64,000 nt of DNA, taken from Vulcanimicrobiota bacterium. Its GTDB lineage: Bacteria; Vulcanimicrobiota; Xenobia; Xenobiales; JADMJV01. Location: contig JAHBVR010000005.1 of the NCBI GenBank assembly GCA_019637395.1, positions 65,312 to 129,311 of the forward strand. The letters run 5' to 3'. The translations under genes were made by a program, and so were the position numbers. This document shows, piece after piece, positions 28,139 to 36,637 of the stretch. Under the pieces are notes generated by a model. It saw only the letters and a list, made by a program, of their open reading frames with translations. It was not told the origin of the DNA and ran no database searches. The stretch's first letter is position 1. Each line of letters starts with the position of its first letter.

Positions 28139-28882
28139 TTGCCAAGGAACCGCCGGGGAATGCACTGGAAGCTGCTCACCTACCTGGAGATCCAGGCACT
28201 CGACCGAGCCACCACCGTTCCCATCCTGCCGGTCGGGGCCATCGAAGCCCATGGGCCTCATCTGCCGCTGTGCACCGATGACATTATCTCAGAGGCTATG
28301 GCCGAGAGCGCCTGCCGCCAACTCCCTGAATATGGCCTGCGAGGCATCATTCTGCCTACCTGGAGCTTCAACCCGGCCGGCTTCGCGCGCGAGCATTCCG
28401 GGACGTTGCACTTCTCGGCGGCCACCACCCGAGCCATGTTTCAGGACCTGGGAGACAATCTGCAAGCCCAGGGCTGGAGGACTCTGGCCGTCGCCAACTC
28501 GCATTTTGATCCCACCCATCTGGAGAGCCTGAAACAGGCGCTGCAAAACCTGCCGCTACAAATCGCCTTCCCCGACCTGACCAGAGGTCAGAACGCCCGC
28601 CGGCTCACCGCCGAGTTTCAAAGCGGGGCCTGTCACGCCGGACAGTATGAGACGTCCATTGTGCTGGCTCGCCAACCACAACTGGTCAAAGACCACCAGT
28701 TGCCCCAGGTCCCCCACTCCCTGGTCGAGGCGATGAGGCAGGGCAAGTCCACCTTCGCCGAGGCCGGCGGACCTCGGGCTTATTTTGGCACACCCGCTCA
28801 GGCCAGCCCCGAAGAAGGCCGGCTAACGGTGGAAGAGCTGGGACGTATTCTGGTCGAGGCAATTTTCAGCACAACCAGGTGA
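28139..28882 (+). CDS. creatininase-family amidohydrolase
   Basis: LPVGAIEAHGPHLPLCTDD is the creatininase signature. Confidence 0.7.
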   Translation: MPRNRRGMHWKLLTYLEIQALDRATTVPILPVGAIEAHGPHLPLCTDDIISEAMAESACRQLPEYGLRGIILPTWSFNPAGFAREHSGTLHFSAATTRAMFQDLGDNLQAQGWRTLAVANSHFDPTHLESLKQALQNLPLQIAFPDLTRGQNARRLTAEFQSGACHAGQYETSIVLARQPQLVKDHQLPQVPHSLVEAMRQGKSTFAEAGGPRAYFGTPAQASPEEGRLTVEELGRILVEAIFSTTR

Positions 28883-28915
28883 GCGGCTATCCCGCTTCGC
28901 GGGACTCGCCGAAAA

Positions 28916-29380
28916 TTAGTTCTGGTTGGATTCGTCGAGTTCGCGCACATACATAAAGTATTCGGCGTCAAATTGCTCGACCAGGGCAGCCGGAATGTTG
29001 ATCAGACCTTCGTAGGTACCGATGCGGGCGCGGTCGCCGATCATCTCACGAACGCGCATCTCCTTGTGCTGGGGCAGCAACACGATGACGTGGGCGCCGG
29101 GCACCAGGTCGGACTGGGAAGCCATGCGGCTGCCGAACCACATCGGCTGGCTGGCCGGTACCGAGAACGTCAACTTCTTGTCGTCTTCGGTGGTCAGGAA
29201 GACCTGGCCGCTTTGATAGGCGGTAACGGTGGCCGGGATTTTGCCGGTTTCATACATGACAATGGCCACGCCGGGCTGAATTTTATCCACCTGCTGGCGG
29301 TTCTCCATACGGTTTTGGGCCGAAACCGGTCCCAACAGGGCCGCGGCGGCGGCGACTACAGCAAGGCTCTTTTTCCACAT
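28916..29380 (-). CDS. secreted hypothetical protein
   Basis: ATG at 29380 with a GGAGGA RBS. Signal peptide MWKKSLAVVAAAAALLGPVSAQ. Confidence 0.5.
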   Translation of the reverse strand: MWKKSLAVVAAAAALLGPVSAQNRMENRQQVDKIQPGVAIVMYETGKIPATVTAYQSGQVFLTTEDDKKLTFSVPASQPMWFGSRMASQSDLVPGAHVIVLLPQHKEMRVREMIGDRARIGTYEGLINIPAALVEQFDAEYFMYVRELDESNQN

Positions 29381-29596
29381 AAAGTTCTTCCTCCACAATT
29401 CGCGGGCCTCGGGGGCGCCGCCATCTTCAGCATCATAGGCGGCTAACCGACGAATGGCCTGGGATCGAAGTACCTCCAGCCCCAGGATTTTGCGTGGCAA
29501 TTTTGAGGACGCCACTTCCTAAGCAGAGCGACCCCGGCTCAAGTAATCTGGAGGCGAGCAGCCACGAGGCTGCCAACCCAAGTGGAGGAAGATATC

Positions 29597-29983
29597 ATGA
29601 AGAAAGCACTGTTAGCCACCGCAATCCTGATGAGTTCGGTATGCGCCGCCCCGGCCGTATACGCCCAGGATTCCCCCAGCTATTCGAATACCGTCGAGTC
29701 GACCCCGACGCCCGTCGAGAAGACCGACGTCAATGTCAATGTGGAGGCTCCTCCCACCGAGGTGGTTCAGGCTCCGGCCCCCGACGTTAATGTTCACGTG
29801 GACAACCCGTCCTCCGTGGCGGTCCCCAGCACCTCGACCGAGAAGACTACCAGGGAGACTTCGGTAACTCGCATCGTGCAGACGCCCACCACCGATGATT
29901 CCAGCAATATGGCTTTCCTGCTGGTGGGTGGCGGTATTGCCGCCCTGGCCGTAGCCGGGCTGTTCGCTTCCACCCGACGATAG
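29597..29983 (+). CDS. secreted Thr/Pro/Val-rich protein with a C-terminal hydrophobic anchor followed by RR
   Basis: GGAGGAAGATATC-ATG start. Signal peptide MKKALLATAILMSSVCAAPAVYA. C-terminus FLLVGGGIAALAVAGLFASTRR. Confidence 0.55.
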   Translation: MKKALLATAILMSSVCAAPAVYAQDSPSYSNTVESTPTPVEKTDVNVNVEAPPTEVVQAPAPDVNVHVDNPSSVAVPSTSTEKTTRETSVTRIVQTPTTDDSSNMAFLLVGGGIAALAVAGLFASTRR

Positions 29984-29993
29984 TTGGATAGCG

Positions 29994-30034
29994 CCCCCGC
30001 GTTGACTGAGCAGGGGCGCTGTCCTTTTTATTCG
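29994..30034 (+). terminator. rho-independent terminator
   Basis: AGCGCCCC ... GGGGCGCT stem followed by GTCCTTTTTATT. Confidence 0.5.
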
Positions 30035-30576
30035 ACGTGCATGACCAGAGGTGGGGGAGCGGGGGGTTTGCCGTGGATGAAAACACCGCCTTGCAGGAAC
30101 GGCTGGTCGGCGTCGATATCGTGCCAGCGCTGTAGGAATTCCTGGCGGGGTATGGAGCCCAGGCTGCCCAGGATCGAGGGATCTTCCAGGTAGACGTTGT
30201 GCTCGTCGATGCCCACCGCCACCATCCAGTGTCCGCTGTCCCAAATGTTGCTCCAGGGAGTCTGCAGTTGGTCCTCGTTGCGCCAGGCCTGCCCGGCCAC
30301 CATGACGGGAATGCCGTTTTCAATGGATTTTTGCAGGTCGTCCAGGGTCAGGTTCTGGCGAATCTCGGCCTGAAAGCCCAGCGAGCGGGCGGCTTCGGCC
30401 AGGCGTTCCGGCGGCGTCCCCTCCTGCGGATCGGCCTGGCAGAGCTCCATCAAGTCCTGCTCGAAGTGCTCCTCGCCATAGTAACCGAGAACCGCCTGCA
30501 GAGCGGTGGGTCCGCACGAGTAGTCGGTGGTCTGACGTACGTCGGGCAGACGCAGCAGGTTGGCGGGGAGCTTCAT
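30028..30576 (-). CDS. peptidase C39-like (papain-fold) domain protein
   Basis: TDYSCGPTALQAVLGYYG catalytic-Cys motif of Peptidase_C39_2. Confidence 0.6.
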   Translation of the reverse strand: MKLPANLLRLPDVRQTTDYSCGPTALQAVLGYYGEEHFEQDLMELCQADPQEGTPPERLAEAARSLGFQAEIRQNLTLDDLQKSIENGIPVMVAGQAWRNEDQLQTPWSNIWDSGHWMVAVGIDEHNVYLEDPSILGSLGSIPRQEFLQRWHDIDADQPFLQGGVFIHGKPPAPPPLVMHVE

Positions 30577-30625
30577 ATTCCCAGACTATCCCAAAAGCGG
30601 CGCACGGTGGCTAAGGAAATGTAAA

Positions 30626-33052
30626 CTAGGGGTTATGGATGATGGTCGGGGCGCTGGTCCTGCCCACCAGCCGGCCGTTCACGAAGGCTTCCACTTCAAA
30701 GCGGTAGTCACCGGCTTTTTCCGGGAAGGGATAGGGATCCAGAGTCAGTTCGCGCAGTTCGCCGGGCGCCAGGCGGGTTCGGGGTAGAATCATCTCCTCC
30801 ACCGTTTTATCCGGCCGGGTGACCAGCATATGGAGTTCCACTTCGGCCTCCAGCTTGCTGTCCTGATTTTTTATGGCTATGCGGCCCTGGCGCAGGCGAT
30901 CGGTATTGGTGGGCGGGGCCATCTTCAAGGGTTCCATCATCAGGAACGGCTGCGGATCTTGAGGATTGGCCGCATAGGGGTCGCTGACCGCCTGCGGGCC
31001 CGGTTCGGTTTCGCGGGGTTCCCATTGGGCCTGGCTGGGCAGTGGCTCTTTGCTCAGAAATTGGGCGTAGGCGGCGTCGATCCGGTTGATATCTTCGGGT
31101 CCGCTGACCACGTAGGGGGTCAGGGCGATGAAGAGCGAGGTTTTTTTCTGCTCGTTGCGCAGTTCCCGGAACAAATTTTGTATCAAGGGAATGTCGCCCA
31201 GGATGGGTACCTTGCGGATGGTCTCGGTGGTGCGCCGGCTGATCAGGCCGCCGATGAGCAGAGTCTCGCCGTCCTTGAGGTTGACGTCGGTCTTGACGCG
31301 CCGGTTGGAAATCAACGGAATGACGTAACCGAAGCCGCCCAGGTTCTGGTTGAGGAATTCGGTGACTTCCTGGACTTCTTGTTCGAGTTCCAGGCGAATG
31401 GTCGAGCCCTGCGAGATATGCGGAGTGAAGGACAGATTGATGCCTACATCCTTGTAGTCGTAAGTGACCAGCGGCTGTCCGGTTTGCGAGAAGCGAGCGC
31501 CGGTGGCGAAGGGCACGACGTTGCCCACCTTCATTTCCGCTTTCTTGTGATCGGTGGCCACCAGGCGGGGCGAGGAGATCAGTTCGAAGTTGGTATTGGC
31601 CCGCTCACCGGTCAGAAAGCCGAAGAGGCTGGGAACCTGCACATCGCGCCCCCCCACGTTGACGGTCCGCGAACTGCCCCCGCTGGCGCCCACCAGGAAT
31701 TGCCCGGAGGTCAGGAAGGAGAGCAGTCCTTCCTCGCTGGCGCCGCCGTTAAAGCTGGCCACCGGTCCGCTGGTGTCGAAGAGTTGAAGTTTGGAGCCGG
31801 CGTTGAGCAGGTCGGTGAGACTGACCTCGGCCACCACCGCATGCACCAGGATCTGCTTGCGCTTGCGGTCCAGACTGGCCAGCAGGGAGCGAATACTCGG
31901 ATACTCGCTGGGACTGATATAGACGAGCACGGCGTTCAGTTCCGGGTCGGCGCCCACCCGCGCCCCTACGTAGACCAATTGGGCCGGGGAGCCCGGGGTG
32001 GAGCCGGTCACCGGCGTAGGAATCGGGGTCGTGGCCAGGCCGCCGGGAGTCGATGGGGGAGGGGTGTTGGCGGTGCCGACGGCGGTGGTATTGGCGTTGC
32101 CCGTGCTTGAACCGGCCGCCTGGCGGCCGCGCCGGCTTTCCTCTTCGTCCTGCGCGCGCTTGCGTTCCGTCAGCAGTTCCTGCACGATTTTGGCCACGTC
32201 CTCGGCCTTGCCTTGCTGCAATTTGTAGACGAAATAGCGGGGTTTTTCCACTGTCAGCGGAGCCGAGCGGGCCACGTCCAGAGAGGCTACCGTTTCGCGA
32301 ATCTCCTTCATTTGGGCGGGCGTGGCCTGCACCAGCAGAGCATTGGTGGGCGGGAAAGCCGTTACCAGGGGTTGGGAAGTTCCTGGCAAAGCCTGCGTCC
32401 GCTGCATCACGCTCTGCAGCACGGGAGCCATTTTTTCGGCCTCGGCGTATTGCAGGAAGATCGTTTCCATGCTGATCTTGGGCGTGGCCCGGTCGAGGGA
32501 GCGCACCAGCGCCGCCACTTGGCGCAGAACTTCGGGGGTATCCACCAGGACCAGCGCCTTGCCCAGAGCGTAAACCTGAGCGCCATTGGGATCGCTGATG
32601 TAGGGGCGAATGGCCGTCAGAACCTGGCTGGCATCGCCTTCTCGTAAGATGACGGCCATGCTGGAATTGCGGGAATCACGGCGCACATCGGCCAGCGGCA
32701 TGACCTGGTAAATTCCGCCGGACTGGCGCAGAGCGAAGCCGTTCTTGCTGAGCACGCCCTGGAAAACTTGCCACAGCTCTTCGGAGGTCAGTTGGGAGCT
32801 GGCCAGCAGCGTTACCTTGCCGGTTACACCCTCGTCCAGCACCACCGTGCGCCCCGTCAGTTCGGAGACAATGCGGGCCAGCACGCGGATATCCAGATTC
32901 TCATAATTCATGGAAATGGGACCGCGGCGCAGGGCGCGCTGAGCGTCCTGCTTGATCAGCGGTCCCCCGGGCTGGGGCGGGCTCTGGGGCGGTTGAGCCC
33001 AGACCAGAGTGCTGGCCAGGCCGCTCACCAGTAGACAAGTTTTCAATTTCAC
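30626..33052 (-). CDS. secretin (GspD/PilQ-type outer-membrane channel) with a ~150-aa C-terminal extension
   Basis: Signal peptide, N0/N-domains, and the secretin core (VPILGDIPLIQNLF...TSLFIALTPYVV). No other T2SS or T4P genes are adjacent. Confidence 0.8.
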   Translation of the reverse strand: MKLKTCLLVSGLASTLVWAQPPQSPPQPGGPLIKQDAQRALRRGPISMNYENLDIRVLARIVSELTGRTVVLDEGVTGKVTLLASSQLTSEELWQVFQGVLSKNGFALRQSGGIYQVMPLADVRRDSRNSSMAVILREGDASQVLTAIRPYISDPNGAQVYALGKALVLVDTPEVLRQVAALVRSLDRATPKISMETIFLQYAEAEKMAPVLQSVMQRTQALPGTSQPLVTAFPPTNALLVQATPAQMKEIRETVASLDVARSAPLTVEKPRYFVYKLQQGKAEDVAKIVQELLTERKRAQDEEESRRGRQAAGSSTGNANTTAVGTANTPPPSTPGGLATTPIPTPVTGSTPGSPAQLVYVGARVGADPELNAVLVYISPSEYPSIRSLLASLDRKRKQILVHAVVAEVSLTDLLNAGSKLQLFDTSGPVASFNGGASEEGLLSFLTSGQFLVGASGGSSRTVNVGGRDVQVPSLFGFLTGERANTNFELISSPRLVATDHKKAEMKVGNVVPFATGARFSQTGQPLVTYDYKDVGINLSFTPHISQGSTIRLELEQEVQEVTEFLNQNLGGFGYVIPLISNRRVKTDVNLKDGETLLIGGLISRRTTETIRKVPILGDIPLIQNLFRELRNEQKKTSLFIALTPYVVSGPEDINRIDAAYAQFLSKEPLPSQAQWEPRETEPGPQAVSDPYAANPQDPQPFLMMEPLKMAPPTNTDRLRQGRIAIKNQDSKLEAEVELHMLVTRPDKTVEEMILPRTRLAPGELRELTLDPYPFPEKAGDYRFEVEAFVNGRLVGRTSAPTIIHNP

Positions 33053-33131
33053 GAGGGCGATTTAGAGTTCCGCCTCCCTTTTCCTTTTCTGCAAAAGGAG
33101 TATCCGCAGTAGAGGTGTTGAAACACAATCG

Positions 33132-34712
33132 GTGGAGAGCGGTCGGCTGCGGCAAATAGGGCCCTATCGTTTAGTGCGCAAGCTAGGTCAGGGCGGCATG
33201 AGCAGTGTTTTTCTGGCCGAAGACGAGCAAGGCCGGTCCTTTGCTTTAAAATTACTCAATTTGAGCCTCGAGAGCGAGCCGGAGTTTCGCAAACGTTTCC
33301 AGCGTGAAGCTGAACTCACTCAACGCCTGAGCCATCCCAATATCGTCAAAACGCTGACCTGGCAGGACGATCCGGACGTGGGCGTCTACCTGGTGATGGA
33401 ATACGTGGCCGGCGGCAACCTGCGTGTGCATCTGGAGGAAAATAGCCAGTTGTGGACGGTGGAACACTGCGTGCGTTTGTTTGCGCCGGTGGCCGCGGCC
33501 CTGGACTACGCGCACGCCGAAAAGGTCGTGCACCGCGATCTCAAGCCGGAGAATCTGCTGTTCGAAGGCAGCGATTGCTTGAAAATCGCCGACTTTGGAG
33601 TGGCCCGGGTGGAACATGGCAGCCGTCTGACGCGCACCGGCGTCCTGCCGGGCACCCCGGAGTATATGGCTCCCGAGCAGTTTTCCGATCAAGTGGCCGG
33701 ACCCGCAGCCGATGTCTACAGTCTGGCCACTATCCTTTACGAGTGCCTGGTGGGCGCCACCCCCTTTCGCTCGGAAAATCTGGCCCAGGTCCTGCAGCGC
33801 CAGGCCTTCGACAAGCCACAGCCGCCTACTCAGCGCCGCGAGGAACTTCCTTACTATGTGGATCGGGTCTTGCTCAAGGCCTTGGAAAAGCAGCCCGAGC
33901 AGCGCTATGCCAGCGCCGGGCAACTGCTGGACGCGCTGGCCACTCCCCCGGCCAGCCTGCCTTCCCGTCCAAGCCGTCCCGACGCCATCAGCGAACTCCC
34001 GACCCGATATGTCAGCTACAAGCCGGGCGCCGCGGCGCCGCGTGGGAAATCCTTGCCCTGGGGCCTGGTCTGGCTGATTTGGACGCTGGCCGGAATCGCC
34101 TGGTGCTGGCGCAGCCTGCCGCCCCCTATCCCGCCCGCCTGGCTGGATCAGGCTTTGGGTTGGCAACCGGCCCCTCTTGGCCGACAACTGTGCGCTTCGG
34201 TGGTCTGGTGCGGCATCGAGGTGGCGCTGTTGGAGCCCACTCAACAGCTTAAAGCCCTCGAGCGTGCCCGCTTCGCGGCCGGTCTCTGGGGCGATTGGAT
34301 CCATGGAGAGGGGCCCAAGAGCCTGCGCGGCGCCAAGGACGGTGACGACTACGCCATCTCGGTGGCGGAAGGAGAGTGGCTGCGCGTGGACGGCCAGATG
34401 GCCGCCAATTTGCGGGCTACCCCGGAACAGGTCGGGGAATACTGGTTGGCCCTGCTGGAGGATGTCCAGGCCATTCGCATGGGGAAGACTCCCAACCGGG
34501 TCAAGGACCTGGAGCGCCGCCGCCCCCTGCGTCTGGATGGCACTCCGCCGCGTTACCCCCTGCTGGACAGGCTCTATGATCGTTGTCGGATTCAAAGCCG
34601 CGAAGGCCAGATCGACGCGCAAGTGATGGCGGAGGCGTTGCGCTCGCTGGGCAACCCCGATATCCGGCGTCTGCGGGAGGCGGCCCGCTCGATTCCGCTG
34701 CCCAAACCGTGA
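33132..34712 (+). CDS. Hanks-type Ser/Thr protein kinase with a TM segment and C-terminal domain
   Basis: GQGGMSSVF...ALK, HRDLKPENLL, DFGVA, APE motifs. TM segment WGLVWLIWTLAGIAWCW. Confidence 0.85.
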   Translation: MESGRLRQIGPYRLVRKLGQGGMSSVFLAEDEQGRSFALKLLNLSLESEPEFRKRFQREAELTQRLSHPNIVKTLTWQDDPDVGVYLVMEYVAGGNLRVHLEENSQLWTVEHCVRLFAPVAAALDYAHAEKVVHRDLKPENLLFEGSDCLKIADFGVARVEHGSRLTRTGVLPGTPEYMAPEQFSDQVAGPAADVYSLATILYECLVGATPFRSENLAQVLQRQAFDKPQPPTQRREELPYYVDRVLLKALEKQPEQRYASAGQLLDALATPPASLPSRPSRPDAISELPTRYVSYKPGAAAPRGKSLPWGLVWLIWTLAGIAWCWRSLPPPIPPAWLDQALGWQPAPLGRQLCASVVWCGIEVALLEPTQQLKALERARFAAGLWGDWIHGEGPKSLRGAKDGDDYAISVAEGEWLRVDGQMAANLRATPEQVGEYWLALLEDVQAIRMGKTPNRVKDLERRRPLRLDGTPPRYPLLDRLYDRCRIQSREGQIDAQVMAEALRSLGNPDIRRLREAARSIPLPKP

Positions 34713-36637
34713 GCCTGATTCGTATCGGCCGGAACCCCGATTGTGATCTGGTGCTGGATAGCCCGCTGGTCAGCCGTTATCATGCCGAACTGGAGCTTAA
34801 CGGCAGCGGCGCCTGGTTGCGTGATCTGGACAGTGCCAACGGCACCTTCGTGGGCGGCCAGCGCGTCTCTCAGGCGCAGTTGCGTTCCGGCCAGGGTCTC
34901 TATCTGGCCAACGTCCATCTGCTTTTTGATGGCCAAAAGCTAAGTGAGGACGGCGCTCATAGCGCTGTGGGCATCGAGGTCGAGGACGTCAGCTTCCGCC
35001 CGCCCACGGCCAACCGGATGTTGCTCGACCACATTCGCTTCTCGGTGCGGCCCGGCCAGTTCGTGGCCCTGGTGGGAACCAGTGGGGCCGGAAAATCCAC
35101 CTTGATGAGTCTGCTGTTGGGACAACAGGCCCCCACGCAGGGAGCGGTGCTGATCAACGGACAATCGGCCTATGCCCATCAGGAGCAATTTCGCCATCTG
35201 ATCGGCTTCGTGCCTCAGGATGACATTGTCCACCGCGTGCTCCCGGTGGAGGCGGCTCTGGACTACGCCGCCCGCTTGCGCCTGCCGGCCGACACCAGTT
35301 TGGAAGAGCGGCAGCGGCGGGTGGAAATCGCCATGACCACCATGGAATTGGGGCACCGCCGCGAGGTGGCCATTTCACGCCTCAGCGGCGGCGAACGCAA
35401 ACGCGTGAGCATGGCCGCCGAGCTGCTGACGGAGCCCAGCCTGTTGTTTTTGGATGAACCGACCAGCGGTCTGGATCCGGGCATGGAGAAAAAGACCATG
35501 CAGCTACTGTCCCGGCTGTGCCGCCAGGGGCGCACGGTGGTTTTGATCACCCACGCCACTCAGAACATCGTTCTTTGCGATCAAGTCGCCCTGCTCGCGC
35601 CGGGAGGACGCCTGGTTTACTATGGCCCGCCCCGCGACGCCCTGGAATTTTTCGAGGTTCCCGACTTCGCGGAAATCTATTTGGAAATCGGCAGCCTGGA
35701 GAGCGGTTTGACCTGGCAGAAACGTTTTAATAAGCTACGACCCGAACCGGAAGGGCAGCCAGAGGCCGGGCCCGCCGGCCTGGGGCAGGCGGCCTCGCGT
35801 CTGCCCTGGGGGACTTCCTGGCGGCAGTGGTGGGTGCTGAGCCAGCGCTATAGCCATCAACTCTGGGCCGATCGCTCTAATTTAATGCTTATGGCCCTGC
35901 AGGCGCCGCTCATCGGGCTGGTGCTGTCCCTGCTCTTCGATCCGCATCTCTATGATTTGCGCCAGATCGCCGGTGAAAACAGCTATCCCATCAAGGAAGG
36001 GCCGACGCTGCTCTTCCTGCTGGTGGTCAGTTGCCTGTTTTTCGGCTCCATCAATTCTTGCCGCGAGATCGTCAAGGAACTGCCGATCCTGCGCCGGGAA
36101 CGGCTGGTGAATCTGCGCCTGCTTCCCTATTTTTTGTCCAAGGTGGCGGTGCTTTCCCTGGTCGGGGCCGTGCAGGCGATGGCCTTGCTGGCCATCGTGC
36201 AAATGCGCATACCTCTGGGCCTGAGCGCCGAATTGCAGATGATGCTGCTGGCTTTCCTGGTGGCGGCCGCGGTGGGCGGAACCCTGCTGGGGCTCATGCT
36301 CAGCTGCCTGGCCGGCTCGGCCGAACAAGCCTCCTCGCTGGTCTCCGTGCTTTTGATCCTGCAGCTGTCCCTGTCCGGAGCCTTTATCAAGCCGGAACAG
36401 ATGCTGCCGGCCTTACGCTGGATTTCCTGTCTGAGTATCTCGCGTTGGACCTTTGCCGGTGTGGGCTCGGTGGCCGGGCTGAACGCCCGCTTCATGGAAC
36501 TGCAGATGGGCTGGATCAGCAGCGATTTCTACCTGCCCATGCAGCCGCTCTGGGGTATCATCGCCCCGCTGCTGGGAATGCATGCGCTCATCGCCATCGC
36601 CGCCTTGCGCTGGCGCGAAGGACAATCCGAGCGATGA
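34709..36637 (+). CDS. FHA-domain ABC transporter (FHA + ABC ATPase + ABC-2 permease fusion; Rv1747-like)
   Basis: The GTG start overlaps the kinase stop. FHA domain (IRIGRNPDCDLVLDSPLVSRYHAEL). Walker A GTSGAGKST. Signature motif LSGGERKRV. C-terminal multi-TM region. Confidence 0.8.
   Translation: MSLIRIGRNPDCDLVLDSPLVSRYHAELELNGSGAWLRDLDSANGTFVGGQRVSQAQLRSGQGLYLANVHLLFDGQKLSEDGAHSAVGIEVEDVSFRPPTANRMLLDHIRFSVRPGQFVALVGTSGAGKSTLMSLLLGQQAPTQGAVLINGQSAYAHQEQFRHLIGFVPQDDIVHRVLPVEAALDYAARLRLPADTSLEERQRRVEIAMTTMELGHRREVAISRLSGGERKRVSMAAELLTEPSLLFLDEPTSGLDPGMEKKTMQLLSRLCRQGRTVVLITHATQNIVLCDQVALLAPGGRLVYYGPPRDALEFFEVPDFAEIYLEIGSLESGLTWQKRFNKLRPEPEGQPEAGPAGLGQAASRLPWGTSWRQWWVLSQRYSHQLWADRSNLMLMALQAPLIGLVLSLLFDPHLYDLRQIAGENSYPIKEGPTLLFLLVVSCLFFGSINSCREIVKELPILRRERLVNLRLLPYFLSKVAVLSLVGAVQAMALLAIVQMRIPLGLSAELQMMLLAFLVAAAVGGTLLGLMLSCLAGSAEQASSLVSVLLILQLSLSGAFIKPEQMLPALRWISCLSISRWTFAGVGSVAGLNARFMELQMGWISSDFYLPMQPLWGIIAPLLGMHALIAIAALRWREGQSER

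Noticed and set aside
30830-32110. 426-aa plus-strand ORF antisense to the secretin gene
   Set aside because: It is a shadow ORF. The secretin homology is unambiguous and the antisense product is low complexity.
33252-34622. 456-aa minus-strand ORF antisense to the Ser/Thr kinase
   Set aside because: It is a shadow ORF. The kinase motifs are intact on the plus strand.
36031-36633. Upstream extension of the 36634-38238 gene
   Set aside because: The extension overlaps the ABC transporter coding region in another frame and is Ala/Gly/Arg-rich. The real start is the MKRPLLWLL signal peptide, whose ATG overlaps the ABC stop.
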